DNA of 64,000 nt. Source: Macrostomum hystrix. Taxonomy: Eukaryota; Animalia; Platyhelminthes. Positions 13,060 through 24,694 of this stretch are shown here, in pieces; position 1 is the stretch's first letter; each line of letters starts with the position of its first letter. The position numbers and the translations under genes were made by a program. The notes below the pieces were generated by a model. The model worked only from the letters and a program-made list of their open reading frames with translations. It ran no database searches and had not been told where the DNA came from. The stretch covers positions 682,001 to 746,000 of the forward strand of contig CATNEN010000038.1 in the NCBI GenBank assembly GCA_950097015.1, in the 5' to 3' direction.

Positions 13060-13455
13060 GGCCACCTTAATATACCCAACTTCAGCCACCTTAATATACC
13101 CAACTTCAGCCACCTCACTACTTCAGCCACCTCACTACTTCAGCCACCTCACTCCTTCAGCCACCTCACTCCTTCAGCCACCTCACTCCTTCAGCCACCT
13201 CACTCCTTCAGCCACCTCACTCCTTCAGCCACCTCACTCCTTCAGCCACCTCACTCCTTCAGCCACCTCACTCCTTCAGTCACCTCACTCCTTCAGCCAC
13301 CTCACACCTTCAGCCACCTCACACCTTTAGCCACCTCACTCCTTCAGCCACCTCACTCCTTCAGCCACCTCACTCCTTCAGCCACCTCACTCCTTCAGCC
13401 ACCTCACTCCTTCAGCCACCTCACTCATTCAGTCACCTCACTCCATCAACCACCC
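13060..13455. repeat. 17-bp minisatellite CCTTCAGCCACCTCACT
   Basis: Directly visible. Confidence 0.96.
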
Positions 13456-13635
13456 CTACACCATATTTTATACCCGCATTTTTTAGATTCGAAGATGCTA
13501 AGAAAATGTGTCTGTACTACTTTACAAGTTGTTTATGAGTTCACAAAATAAGAGGTTGCTAGGACCCAATACACAATGAAACACCAGATCCATATTAGGA
13601 AAGCTATATAGTCACTTCTTGGCTTGTGGCGCAAC

Positions 13636-13986
13636 TCAAAGATGAACAGTCAGGGCTGTCGAAGCGACAATCGCAGTCGCGGCTAACATCAGCAAGCATT
13701 TCCCGTCCGCAGTTGGAGTTCTGGCCGAGTTGCACAGATCTGTGGAGCAGCATGCCGTGGTGCTAGTCGGAACGCAGGTTGCCACAGCGGCCCTGTTGAC
13801 TACACTTCCATAGGTGGACTTCTGACAGACAGTGTTGGTGGAAGTCAGTGTGCTGGATGACACAGTGGCACAGTCGGCGCAGCTGTAGCAGGTGACGGCC
13901 GAGATTCGATTCGGCAGCTGAGCCATGATCAGCAGAAAACCGATTAAAAGTACATTGGGCATAGTTGAGCATACTAGCAGAGGCAT
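13636..13986 (-). CDS. Ly6/uPAR GPI-anchored protein, paralog 3, intronless, about 116 aa
   Basis: Signal peptide; VTCYSCADC..VCQK..RAAVATC..CCSTDLCN; hydrophobic tail. TATAAAA on the minus strand near 14092-14098. Confidence 0.88.
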   Translation of the reverse strand: MPLLVCSTMPNVLLIGFLLIMAQLPNRISAVTCYSCADCATVSSSTLTSTNTVCQKSTYGSVVNRAAVATCVPTSTTACCSTDLCNSARTPTADGKCLLMLAATAIVASTALTVHL

Positions 13987-14619
13987 TGCTGAAACTGTTA
14001 ATAGCTTCGATTTTCTATTGTGCTAGTTAGCAAGCCTTTCTTTCACACGACTTGTGCAGGCCTTTTGAAAGAAGATCAATGCGCTTGTGAGTTTTATACT
14101 CACAAAGCGCCCAAAAAGTGAAGAGTGAAGTGCGCTCAACGAGCAAAGTTTTCAGTGTATAGACACCGAGTCTAAATTTCCCTGCACTCACTCTGAACCC
14201 ATGCGCGGTGTATTTGCAGATTGCGTTATGAGATATAAGCTTATTTTTTAGGCACAAAAGTGAAAAGGAAATAAAATAAAATAAATGTTTAACTGCTTTG
14301 TGTTTGCTTCTGAAATCGCCATGTAATCACCATTCCGTGACCCCAAAATAATTCCTAAATTAATTTATTTGATTGGTTTAAGCAAATATTTGGAGCTCGA
14401 GGCTTTCCCAAATGGACAATGTGGGCTGACCATGTGTGTGCCTTTCTCTATTGTTTTTCCAAAATTTGTATGAACCTCGGAATAATAGAGAAAGGTGGTC
14501 ACGAAGCCTGCAGTAAGTTGAAATATACAAAGCAAACCAGCATCAAAAAAGTTTTAAATACTTGTTATAATTTTAATATAAATCTTTCTAGCGTATTAAA
14601 TTAGTAGAGTGCTCTATAA

Positions 14620-15018
14620 ATGACTGAATGAGGTCTGAGGCAGTGACTGAATGAGGTCTGAGGCAGTGACTGAATGAGGTCTGAGGCAGTGACTGAATGA
14701 GGGCTGAGGCAGTGACTGAATGAGGTCTGAGGCAGTGACTGAATGAGGGCTGAGGAAGTGACTGAATGAGGTCTGAGGCAGTGACTGAATGAGGGCTGAG
14801 GCAGTGACTGAATGAGGGCTGAGGCAGTGACTGAATGAGGTCTGAGGCAGTGACTGAATGAGGTCTGAGGCAGTGACTGAATGAGGTCTGAGGCAGTGAC
14901 TGAATGAGGTCTGAGGCAGTGACTGAATGAGGGCTGAGGCAGTGACTGAATGAGGTCTGAGGCAGTGACTGAATGAGGGCTGAGGCAGTAACTGAATGAG
15001 GGCTGAGGCAGTGACTGA
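14620..15018. repeat. 23-bp minisatellite CAGTGACTGAATGAGG(T/G)CTGAGG
   Basis: Directly visible. Confidence 0.96.
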
Positions 15019-15722
15019 GTTATGAGGGAGTAATCAAACAAGGGATTTAATATGTAGCTCAAAATAAAATAATTTTTTTTTGTTTGAACTAAGGCGCCTT
15101 CAAAACTTTTGTTCGTGATCGATGCGTTCGTTCTACTTAAAGTAGATTGTAAAAATATACAAATTATTTAAGTAAAAACTTTTTAGACGACCTATAAAAG
15201 TGTGAAAGGTAAAAATTCCTTAAAATTTAACCCATGAGTAGCACGAACGAATCGGCCTTTCTTTACAAGCATAAAATGCACAGTTGAGAGGTACAGTAAT
15301 GGCACTGGGAAAGCTAGCTGCTCATTGTTCTGAATGTAGAAACCAGGATTCTGACACACAGATCAGCCATAATTGAGACAAAAGAAGCTGAATATAATTT
15401 TTGCGAAAGCGCGGCAAACAGAACAATTGTGGCGCCTTAAAGTAAGCGCCTGAGAAAAAACTATACCAGCCACATAAATTAATGGGGTTACTGGGCAGTC
15501 AGTTGACTCGCTGGCATTGTAAAATAGGAGAGCATAAATGCATAAAACAGTTTTTTCTTTTTTTTCTATCAGGACATCCTCGAATTTCTGATTACATTTT
15601 TAGCGCCATTTTCGCCATAAAAGCATTTAAGGCAGCGCTCGTAAACGAGAAGTGCTTAAGTAGCAAAGTTAAAAAGCAGACACTTGGCCCTTGCTTAAAT
15701 TTGAGATTCCTCAAGCTCAACA

Positions 15723-16457
15723 ATGGCTCACGCCCAATTCGCCCAGGTGAACCGGCAAAACCTGCAGATGACCGAGACCAGCAAACGCTGCTCAGTGCCC
15801 AATGATCCCATAGGCAGGCTGATGTACTACCTGTACTGCGTCCAAAGCGTAGACTGTGGAAGCTTCCCATCGTTCATGACCGACTTTGGCAACTATCGGA
15901 GGCTGACGGCCAGCCAGAGGAGCAACATCATCGCCACGGCGCAGCGCAATGCTCCGGACGACGTGTGAGTGGCAGCCATGGTTTGCTGGCTGCATTTTTA
16001 CATACAGGGTACACTCTCATTGTGCCCAGGGGAATCATTATGTGCTGCTGAGCAAAAATGGACCATTGGCTGTAGATCTGGTCCAACTCGGCTAGGTGTA
16101 ATTTCCATTCATGTCTAGAAGTTTAAGTAAACAATTGTTTTGCACAGGCTCTGCTTTGTCGAGGTTGATGAGCTGCCAGACAACGATGCCAACAAATTCC
16201 TGCAACTCTCTGCCCAGCAAGAGAGCCTGACGGCCTACGGCATCCGCGGTGGCGGCCAGGCGATGATGGGGCTACGCCGACAGCTGGGCAACCGGCAGAA
16301 GTTGGTGGACATCATGGTGCACACCAGCAGCTGGGCCCAGAACAATTACCATAGGCCGCTGAGACAGCTTCTGAGCAATGACAGCGATAGTGACGACTCC
16401 GATGCTGCCGCTGCTGCCATCGGCATGCTGATGTTGTTCAGGGCTCTGCAGATGTGA
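15723..16457 (+). CDS. Uncharacterised protein, about 183 aa, 2 exons
   Basis: Exon 1 15723-15964 (GT|gtgagt) joins in phase to exon 2 16148-16457 (tgcacag|G). Codon usage is GC-rich like neighbouring genes. Globular-looking core VPNDPIGRLMYYL...SWAQNNYHRPL, then an acidic linker and a hydrophobic tail. Confidence 0.72.
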
Positions 16458-17241
16458 TCGACCCCGCTCGGACACGACCACCAAGGTGAAGCTTAAAAAC
16501 TGAGTGTCTAAGAATTAAATAACGACTATAACCTCAAGCCCTAAACGTTTATCTCGAAGCCACAAACAGTTTTATTTGTGTACATACTTCGCTTTCATAA
16601 AGAGTCATTTGAAAAGCTTTTAATTTAATTAATCGACGAACGATCAAGGAACTTTTTGTGTTACTATTCACTACTGTTTAATTTCTTTAATCGGATGAAT
16701 TACTTTTTATCTGTAATCGAAACGCTAATGGCATTAATTTTATTCTGTCATGATTTTTGTTGGAAATTTAGTTAAAATTAAAGTTTCACAAGGTGAAAAA
16801 TACAGCTCGGCTATAGTACATCATTTAGGGCTACGCGCTTTCGGTCGCCACTATTTAAGCCACTAATACCCTCAATAGAAGGTGTTTCTATTTACATTTT
16901 CTAGCATTTAAACCATTCTTGATTGTACACCATTTTACCTCCTATTTTGAACAAAAAGTTGTTAAACGCTTAAAGAACTATCAGCGCTCGCGGAAATTCA
17001 GTTAAAAAAGTCCCTTTCTATCAAAGATTATAAATATACCCTATTTATAATCTTTGCTTTCTATTGAAACAGAAGAAATTCAATTCAGACTGTCTATGGC
17101 CAAAATTGTCCCCGAGTGACGCGCACGCGCAAACTTAGAGTTAGAGTTAGAGTAAACTTAAAGTTACCTATTTCGACAGAGATTTTTGCACATAGATATA
17201 ATTTATATTACACAAAAAAATTTTTTTCTGCACCACTGAAT

Positions 17242-17607
17242 TGTCAAGCTGGCCTGCAGGTAGCTTATGGAGAGTAGCGAAGTCAAGTGAAGTGTGAGGG
17301 CGTTGTGCCCTGGACTATATATTTAAACATGGTTAAGTTAAACAGACTGGAGGAGGTTGGCGGTACGATAACAAGAGCGCGCGACTGAGGGTAGGAGAGG
17401 AGGCTAGAATGTGAGCGGCGGACCAATCAGAAAGGAGGAAAGAAAGAAAGGATATAGAATGAGAGATCAGCCGCAGAGATAACGAGAGAGAAAGAACTAG
17501 ATTGAACGGGACGATTTAAACAAGAAAAGTGCAGAGAACGAAAGAGTGAATAGAGGACAGAAGGCAGAGACGAAATTCGCGACAGCTAAAGTCCTAGCCC
17601 ATTGACA
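17242..17607 (+). mobile_element. Probable solo LTR (about 366 bp)
   Basis: Inverted termini TGTCAA...TTGACA; CCAAT, TATA-like and AG-rich internal segments; flanks GAAT/GATT give an imperfect TSD. Confidence 0.5.
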
Positions 17608-18903
17608 GATTTTATTGCGTTGTTAAACACGATTGCTTGACTTTCGTAAATTGTCTTTTCCATAGACTATAGAAATTGTCTCAAGAGGTAGCCTTAAAGA
17701 GCTAAGGCTCTAAGGCAAAAAGTATCGGAACTTTCGGAACGGGACTAAAGAAAAGATCGCTTAATTTAGAAACCATATCAATAACCATAGACCATGACTT
17801 ATTGAAATATTCTAGGGAAAATTATGAGTTAATCAAGACTAGAGCATGCGCAACGTGGTGGGAAAAATAAGCATCAAGCTAAAGGACGCATCTCCATGAT
17901 TTCTTATGGAGTCAGGCCAATTTATTTATTAAAGTTGCAGAGTGGGTGCTGCTGAGAGAGAAAGGAGACGAGGCTCGAGGAGAGACAATTTTACAGCCAA
18001 TCAAAGTGGGCCAGCATGATTTTAGGGCAAGCTGTTGGTGCCTGAGCTGGCAAATAGGTACTGACCAATCAAAACACCGCCCGAAGCACTTTTCCGCCAC
18101 ACCAGCGAACTGTCGGTCTTGACGTGCTGGGAATAGTCTGGCAATATAATAGGCGCGCGTCACGTGGCATATCAGGATCGCATGAAACACGCACATGGTA
18201 TGTGCATAGCGGCGGGGGGTAATAACAAAATAGGGGGACAGCCAATCACGTAGAGTAGGGGCTGAAAGACTGGGCACTCACTTGGTAGACTGGGACTTTC
18301 TCAGTCTAAACTAAAAAAGTTTCTTAGTTTAACAGCTAGCTACTAGAATACACTGTATTCATTCATCCATGAATTAAATGATCATTAAATTCGCATATTT
18401 TTATAAAGAATCTGATAAATTCCGATTGTTGTACTTTCTTCTTTGATCTCATCTATATTGTTAAATAATACTTTGAACTTAGACAAAACTTCATTGCAAG
18501 AAAAATTAATTGCCATAATTTGAGAGCTCGTTAAACGTATATTTGTTTCCATAGCATACTTGTGTCGATATTATAAAGATAAGAAAATAACTTAGCATGC
18601 ATGGTACTTTGTACTTTCAGTTGTCAGTTTAAGTACATTCAAAGGACCTAATATGCATGATGGCATAATTAGGTTTGTCAACGAAGAAAATATAGAGAAA
18701 ATAGAGATACGAGCTATATAGAGAAAGTGGAGTTTTTCTCCCATAAACAGAAGTTTTTTTTCGTTACGAATAACATTGGCCTTGAAACCAATTGTTTTAT
18801 CAGTCTTTGAGAAAGATTATTCACTTGCAGTTGCTTAATTTTGACCAAATGTCCGGCTTTAAGAGAGGCCGAAAAACCGCTGCGCTGTTTTCATGTCGGC
18901 TCC

Positions 18904-21900
18904 TCACTTGCGCGCCGTTGACGAAGCAGATCGCAGATCCCGGGAGCCCCGAGCGCTTCCGCCGCCTCCCGAGGATCGGCCGATGCCGCTGGCGGCAGCA
19001 GCAGCCGCGGCGTCGACTTCCCAGCGCTCGAGCTCGGCGCGCATCAGCTCCTCGGCCCGCTGGCTGCGTTCGGTCTGGCTGAGAGAGCCGCCGGCGGAAT
19101 CCTCGATGCCGGCCAGGGCGTCCAGCACGCGGGTCATGGCCTCGCGACGGCGCAGCTTGGCACGCTCCATCAGCTCAAGCTTGAGCAGGACAGTGTCGAT
19201 CTTCTGCACAATGTCGCCGATGCTCATCTCGACGCGGTCGACGCGCTTCACGAGAACCTGAAGACAAAGGGCCAAAACTATTGAAGGTGTGATCGGTTCT
19301 GGCTCTGATTAAATAATTATACGAGCATTTATTTTTGATGGAGGGGATGTGGGCACTGGTGAATCATTCCAACTCAGGTGTCAATTCTGTCTATTTCACT
19401 GACTCCTGAACACTCTCACACAGTGGTGTACACCCGCTCAGGATTTTTTTTGTGTGGTACTGTACACTCACACTCTGCCTTTGAGTTGGCTTCACTCAGG
19501 TTTTACGGCACGCACCAAGACATTCTCTTCCTGGCTGTGCTTCAAATTAATGTTAGATTCAAGCTTAAGGACCTTGGTGCCAGTGGCAGACGCATTTACC
19601 GCTCATGACTTCCTGAAAGGCATTGTATTTCTTATAATTGACACACCTGAAACTCCGCTGTGCTGACAAGCTTTCGACCACCGCCTCCGCCGCCATGACC
19701 ACCGCGGCCTCCGCCTAAGTTTCCGACCGAGCTGGCTACCGCTGCGCCAGACGGCGGCTCCCCATCCGACTCCAGGCCGCCCTCGTGCTCAGCCGACTCG
19801 TCCTCCTCAGCTGCGGCAGCTTCTCCGCGATTGATCATATGGTCCAGGTTGGCCTGTTGGTTGTTGTTTTGAGTAACTAGGATTTTCCACCTTACTTTGC
19901 AGTGCGCGAGCGTAAGTTATTGCTCAATGAGCAACTAATTCTCACCCGTTGGCCCTCCAGCTCAAGGTGCATCTGGCGCTGCTCCTCTTCGTTCAGGACG
20001 CGATCGCCATCGAGGTCGAACTTAGCAAACAGCGCCTCGATTTCGCCGTCGGCGTAGCCACGTCTTAGTAAAAAAATATTTTGTTTGCAGTAAAAATTTT
20101 CAAACTATGGAATATAACCTGTAAGCCTTAAGCTGTGGACTGCTCAACTTACTGCTTGAGCTCAGAACGCCACTCCTCAAAGTCTAGCTGCTTGTCGTTG
20201 TTCAAATCGGCCGACTGAATCGCCTTCTGAATGTCGACAATCTTGTCCCGGCGCAGGTTCAACTTTGACAGCATCCTGCCGGCCCTCTGGCGGAAGTAGT
20301 CGGTCATCTCGAATTCATTCTGCTGCATGGACAGTTCCGACTTCACCTGGCTGTAGGTGTCGTTGATTATAGCCAGGAACATGTTGATCAGAACGAAAAA
20401 CACGAAGAAGACGTACAGGATGAAGAAAATGGGGCCCAACACACGATTGGCTGTCTGAAGCGAGTTGAAATCGAAGTCGCCCAGAATGATTCGAAACAGG
20501 GTGAACACCGACTGCTGGAACTCGCGGAAATCTTTCACCTGGGTGCCGAAGATCAGATAGCCGAGCTGGGCAAAGGCAAAGAACACGATGAAAAACATGA
20601 CAGCGAATCCCAGCAGATCCTTGGCGCAGGCTCCCAGAGTCGAGCTCAGCTGAGTCATGGTCTTGTTGAAGCTGATATACTTGAAGATCTTCACCCACGC
20701 GAAGAACACGGTCACAGCGATGCCGTGGTTGAACTGCTGCTGCCAGTAGGACAGAAAGTCAAAGTCGGGGTACTTGTTCTCCTCTTGCAACAGGTTAGTG
20801 AGCTTCTGGCCAACTGCGATGGTCCGGTAGACATTGAACACGGCACAGATGATGCTGATTACAATGACGATTACGTCTAGACAGTTCCAGAAGCAGAGGA
20901 AGTAGCGCCACTTGTGCCGTTTGATTTCGATGGCCTCCTCAACAATGTAGTAGAGAATGAATACCATGAAGACGCACTCGCAGGTCATGATGAAATAGTC
21001 CAGCGGCTCAACATAGCGGAGCAGCTTCACGGTGCGCAGATCCCACGTTGGTGTGCAGCCGCCTAGACGGGCGGCATTTAAAGTTAGCTTATTGTTGTGA
21101 TAAAGTCCAATTCATCCGTCTCTTTGCACTCACCAGTTGCCATAAACTCCGTGACCAGCCGTATCACGCAGAACAAGTTGATATTCGCATTGTAGAGTGT
21201 GAAGTCCACAAACACTGCCCGAGTGCCCCGGTTCAGCCACAGGCCGTTAAACAGGCTCTGCAGGATGGCCTGCGTGGTGGCCTTGTCTCGCGACAGTTCA
21301 ACAGCGAAGCCACCTCCATCGTAAGAGGAGATCTCGGCGTTGTGCGACCTACCGTCGAGCTCACTTTCGCTGCGGTATTGCCAGGCGCTCCCGTTGCCGA
21401 CGCCGAAACTGCTCCTGTCCGTCACCCCGAAGCTGTACATGGCGTAGCAATTGGAAATCTTGCCCTGAAAGTAGGACGCGATGTTGCAGGACTGGTTGCC
21501 GACTCGAAGCTGTCTCAGGCGCGGCACGCCCAGCAGCTTGTTCTCGTAATAGATGAAGTTCTTCTCGCGAGGATCGGAGAAGTTGTTGTTGTTGTACCAG
21601 GTCTCCCAGTACAGCCCGTTGATCAGAGGTCCATTCATGAACTGGTTGGGTATGAGGTGAACTCATGCCAGACTTACAATTGCATAATCAGATATTTTTA
21701 TTTCTTTTTTGTTTTAAAAAACTTACACTCCACCAGTCGCCCATGTTGCCCACGCTGCGATACGTGTTAGTCGTATTGTCGATTTTGGTATCCAGAAACA
21801 GGTCGCTCAGCACCTTCGTGTAGTAGTACATTGTGCTGCTGGTCATACCAAAGGTAACTGCAAGTTTATTTCATTATTACATAAAAATCAACTTATAAAG

Positions 21901-22744
21901 CTTGTTAGTGAGTGGTAATAATAACAAGTGCTGTGGGCAAAGCCATATCATTTGAGTGACAGTTAAATGCAGTTACTGCAGTTAAACCCGCAGTCAACGA
22001 GGAGGCAATGCTGCCGATTTCGCTGCCTCCTGAGCACACACGCACTAAGACCGTACGCCGGCACACACTCACACAGGTGTGTACATCTGCCCTGACTTTC
22101 TCATCGTCAGACAGTGTACACTTTCACTGTGCCTTGGAGGTTAGCCCTCAAGGGCATATATTGCATGACAATCCCCCAAGCCTTCTCTCCGTGGCTGCGC
22201 CTTAAACGATGTGGCCTCAGCATGGAATCGAGCTCAGGGACCTTGGTGCGAGAGACGAACGCGTTGACCCCTCTGCCACTCACCCCGTCGAGTTACTTGG
22301 TATTTCAGTCAAGCAAGGTGGCGCAGATGCTTACTGATCATGAGCACAATGATGAAGATGCAGTAGATGATTAGCTCGCGCAGTGTTGTCTTGATGTACA
22401 GCTCTCGGTCTTCCTTGGTGTCCTGCGTGTCGCGAGTTCGCCAGATTGCTGTAAATAAGAAACATTTTGTGTAGTTGTGATTCGAAGAATAATTAAGTCA
22501 TGGCTCCATGTCACTTACATGTCACACCGCGTTTACACGCTTGAAGACAGCCATTGCCGCTTTCGTCCTTGTTTTCCTTGTGCTGATGGCGATCATCAGC
22601 GCTTTGGCCTCGAGTGGCGATCGGCTCAGTGTCCAGCACGTTGGGATTCTCCAGTCCGACTTCCCAAGCTTGGATGGTGCCGGAGCGGCCGGTTGAAGGT
22701 CTCGAGGTGGCCTCAGGCATGGCCTTGGGATCTCCAGCGTCCAT
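18904..22744 (-). CDS. PKD2: Polycystin-2 (TRPP) cation channel, about 855 aa, 8 exons
   Basis: Exons 22744-22519, 22448-22335, 21857-21727, 21641-21134, 21062-20153, 20063-19946, 19853-19647, 19257-18904; all GT-AG and phase-consistent. Motifs: [83 protein letters not shown]-hand [12 protein letters not shown], coiled coil [20 protein letters not shown]. Confidence 0.96.
21925..22205. repeat. Dispersed unclassified repeat family (about 240 bp) in PKD2 intron 2; related copies near 19340-19510, 38112-38345, 40052-40125 (partial), 53653-53885, 55515-55590 (partial)
   Basis: Shared segments GCTG(T/C)GGGCAA..CATCATTTG..CGAGGAGG(C/T)AA..CTCACACAGGTGTGTACATCTG..CACTGTGCC(C/T)TGGAGGTT..CCCCAAGCCTTCT. 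Confidence 0.75.
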
Positions 22745-24694
22745 TTCAGAAAGGTGCACGCAGGTATCAGGCTTTCCGAGACTCGAGATTCAAAACTCAA
22801 TTTCCTCAGGGCTCGGGAGGGTTTGTTCAATTTTCTCCCTGCGAGATCCGTCCCGCTGGCTTTCAGGCCGATTCCCAGCTCTTTATGCTGAACTCCACAG
22901 GTAAACACACGCGCGAGATCCCAACTGCCGTGCAGGGTGGGGTGTAGGAGCCGGCGTTTTTCTCGACGCCATAGAAACCGCGCAAAAATATTAGAGGCCC
23001 ATTGCAGCAGGTTTGAGTTGGCCTTTTGCTGGGATTCCTTTCCCAAGGTTGAAAATTTTGAGAACAAACGCAAGAGCTCGTCCAACCACAGGGGGGAGGA
23101 CGCTTTCCCAAAGGCAGGAAGAGGGTTTTTTCTATCGAAGGAAGTTGGACTGCTTTTGCGCACACACGGCTGCATTCAGTGTGGGAGAGGCCCCCGCTGG
23201 ATGGAGCTCTGAGAACCCTGGACCAATATTTGTCCTGGAAACAGAGCAAACAAAAGCCTCATGGTGGGTTCCAGCTCGCCCGGAGTATTGACCGACGCGG
23301 GCCCAGCTGTCGCATATTCGCTGGTTGCCCAGCTGCAGGTGAAACAATGGGAAAGGCAGAAGATGAGGAATATGCGGAGACTGCAGTTTGGCAAAAACCG
23401 AGCGGTTAGTCGATCGATGGGGTTTCATTAATGGAACTGCATAAAAGCCTGCAGCTGTTTCACTGTGCAATGAAGTAATCGCATTCAAGCGGCGAAAGCA
23501 AATTAATTACACGTGTTAGCTCATTAGCTCTTCTGCCTCTTGTCGATCGTAAGCGTACGAATCAACCATCTTGGGTATGAAAGAAGGCATTAAAAGTACA
23601 AAATAAATAGAAAGTCTGAAATCTGTGAAACTCAACACATAATATGGCTATCCTATTGTTCCTTACTATATTAAATAGCCAGCTTTCGCAGCGGAGTTCA
23701 GGTGTGCACACATGCACAGGTATCGTGTGTTCCACAGACGGCTGCGTGGTGTCTCGACCGCCCTCAAAATACATTTTAGTTCGTGCAACGGCGCATATTA
23801 TTCGACTGAGTTTTATCCAACGATTGAGCATACTCACGACGTGCGACGAGCGAAATAAGTTAAACACTAGACGAACTGTTCCAGCGTTTATTTATTTCAG
23901 TGGGTAAATTAATAAAAATATCAGGTATATAATATATTAAAAGGAAACATATGTATATATAATATTATTTATCTTCCTTCCCACAACATTCTTCAATCCA
24001 GCTGTTGAATTTTACGGACAAGTAGGAAAAGAGCAGTTACACAAAAACACATAAAAAAGTACTTCGGGAAAAAAATCTATGTATTGCAGGTCCAGCTCAT
24101 AATAGCGGCTGCGAATATTTAAAGAATAAAGGCAAGTTGTACAAGTATTTAGAAGGTAAAACTGATTAGTACAGAAGATAGAAAATATTGCAAATAGTAT
24201 AGAAGAAGTAAAAGTGCATATAAGCAAAAAATAAATAGGTCGAAGATCACGTCTGCATAGTAGCAAAATGGGCTCGGATTGCGAAGGAAACAGCTCATAG
24301 CTTTGGTTTCACGAGCTAAAAGACGATGCAAAGAACGCCAGAGAGTTGCAAGCCTCCACAACAAAGAACATCAGAGAGTTGCTAGCTAGCTTTGACATGG
24401 AAAAACGGAGAATTTCGAAAATTATAGCTTTTAAGTTTAGTCGTACCTATGTGTACAACAGTCAAATGTGTACTCAGGTAACTAATAATTGTGTACAGTA
24501 CATGTCAATGAAATTAATGAACGAAACTACACTCTGAATAGTCCAGAGAACAGTTACGTAGATATTATAGAGCCAAGCTGTCTACAATGATTCCAACCAT
24601 ATGCAAGCTCCCGTTTAAATAATCATCAAGATTCCGTTGTACCAACGCTCTAGGTACCAAGGCTCAACTGCGAACCTGCGCGACTTTGCGAGTG

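Noticed and set aside
17134-17165. (TTAGAG)3 telomere-like run
   Set aside because: Too short and not the TTAGGG unit.
17900-18355. CCAAT-rich segment that looks like another LTR
   Set aside because: I could not find matching TG..CA inverted termini or a TSD.
22522-23488. Several overlapping ORFs upstream of PKD2
   Set aside because: No recognisable domains or consistent splice structure; likely 5' UTR or promoter.
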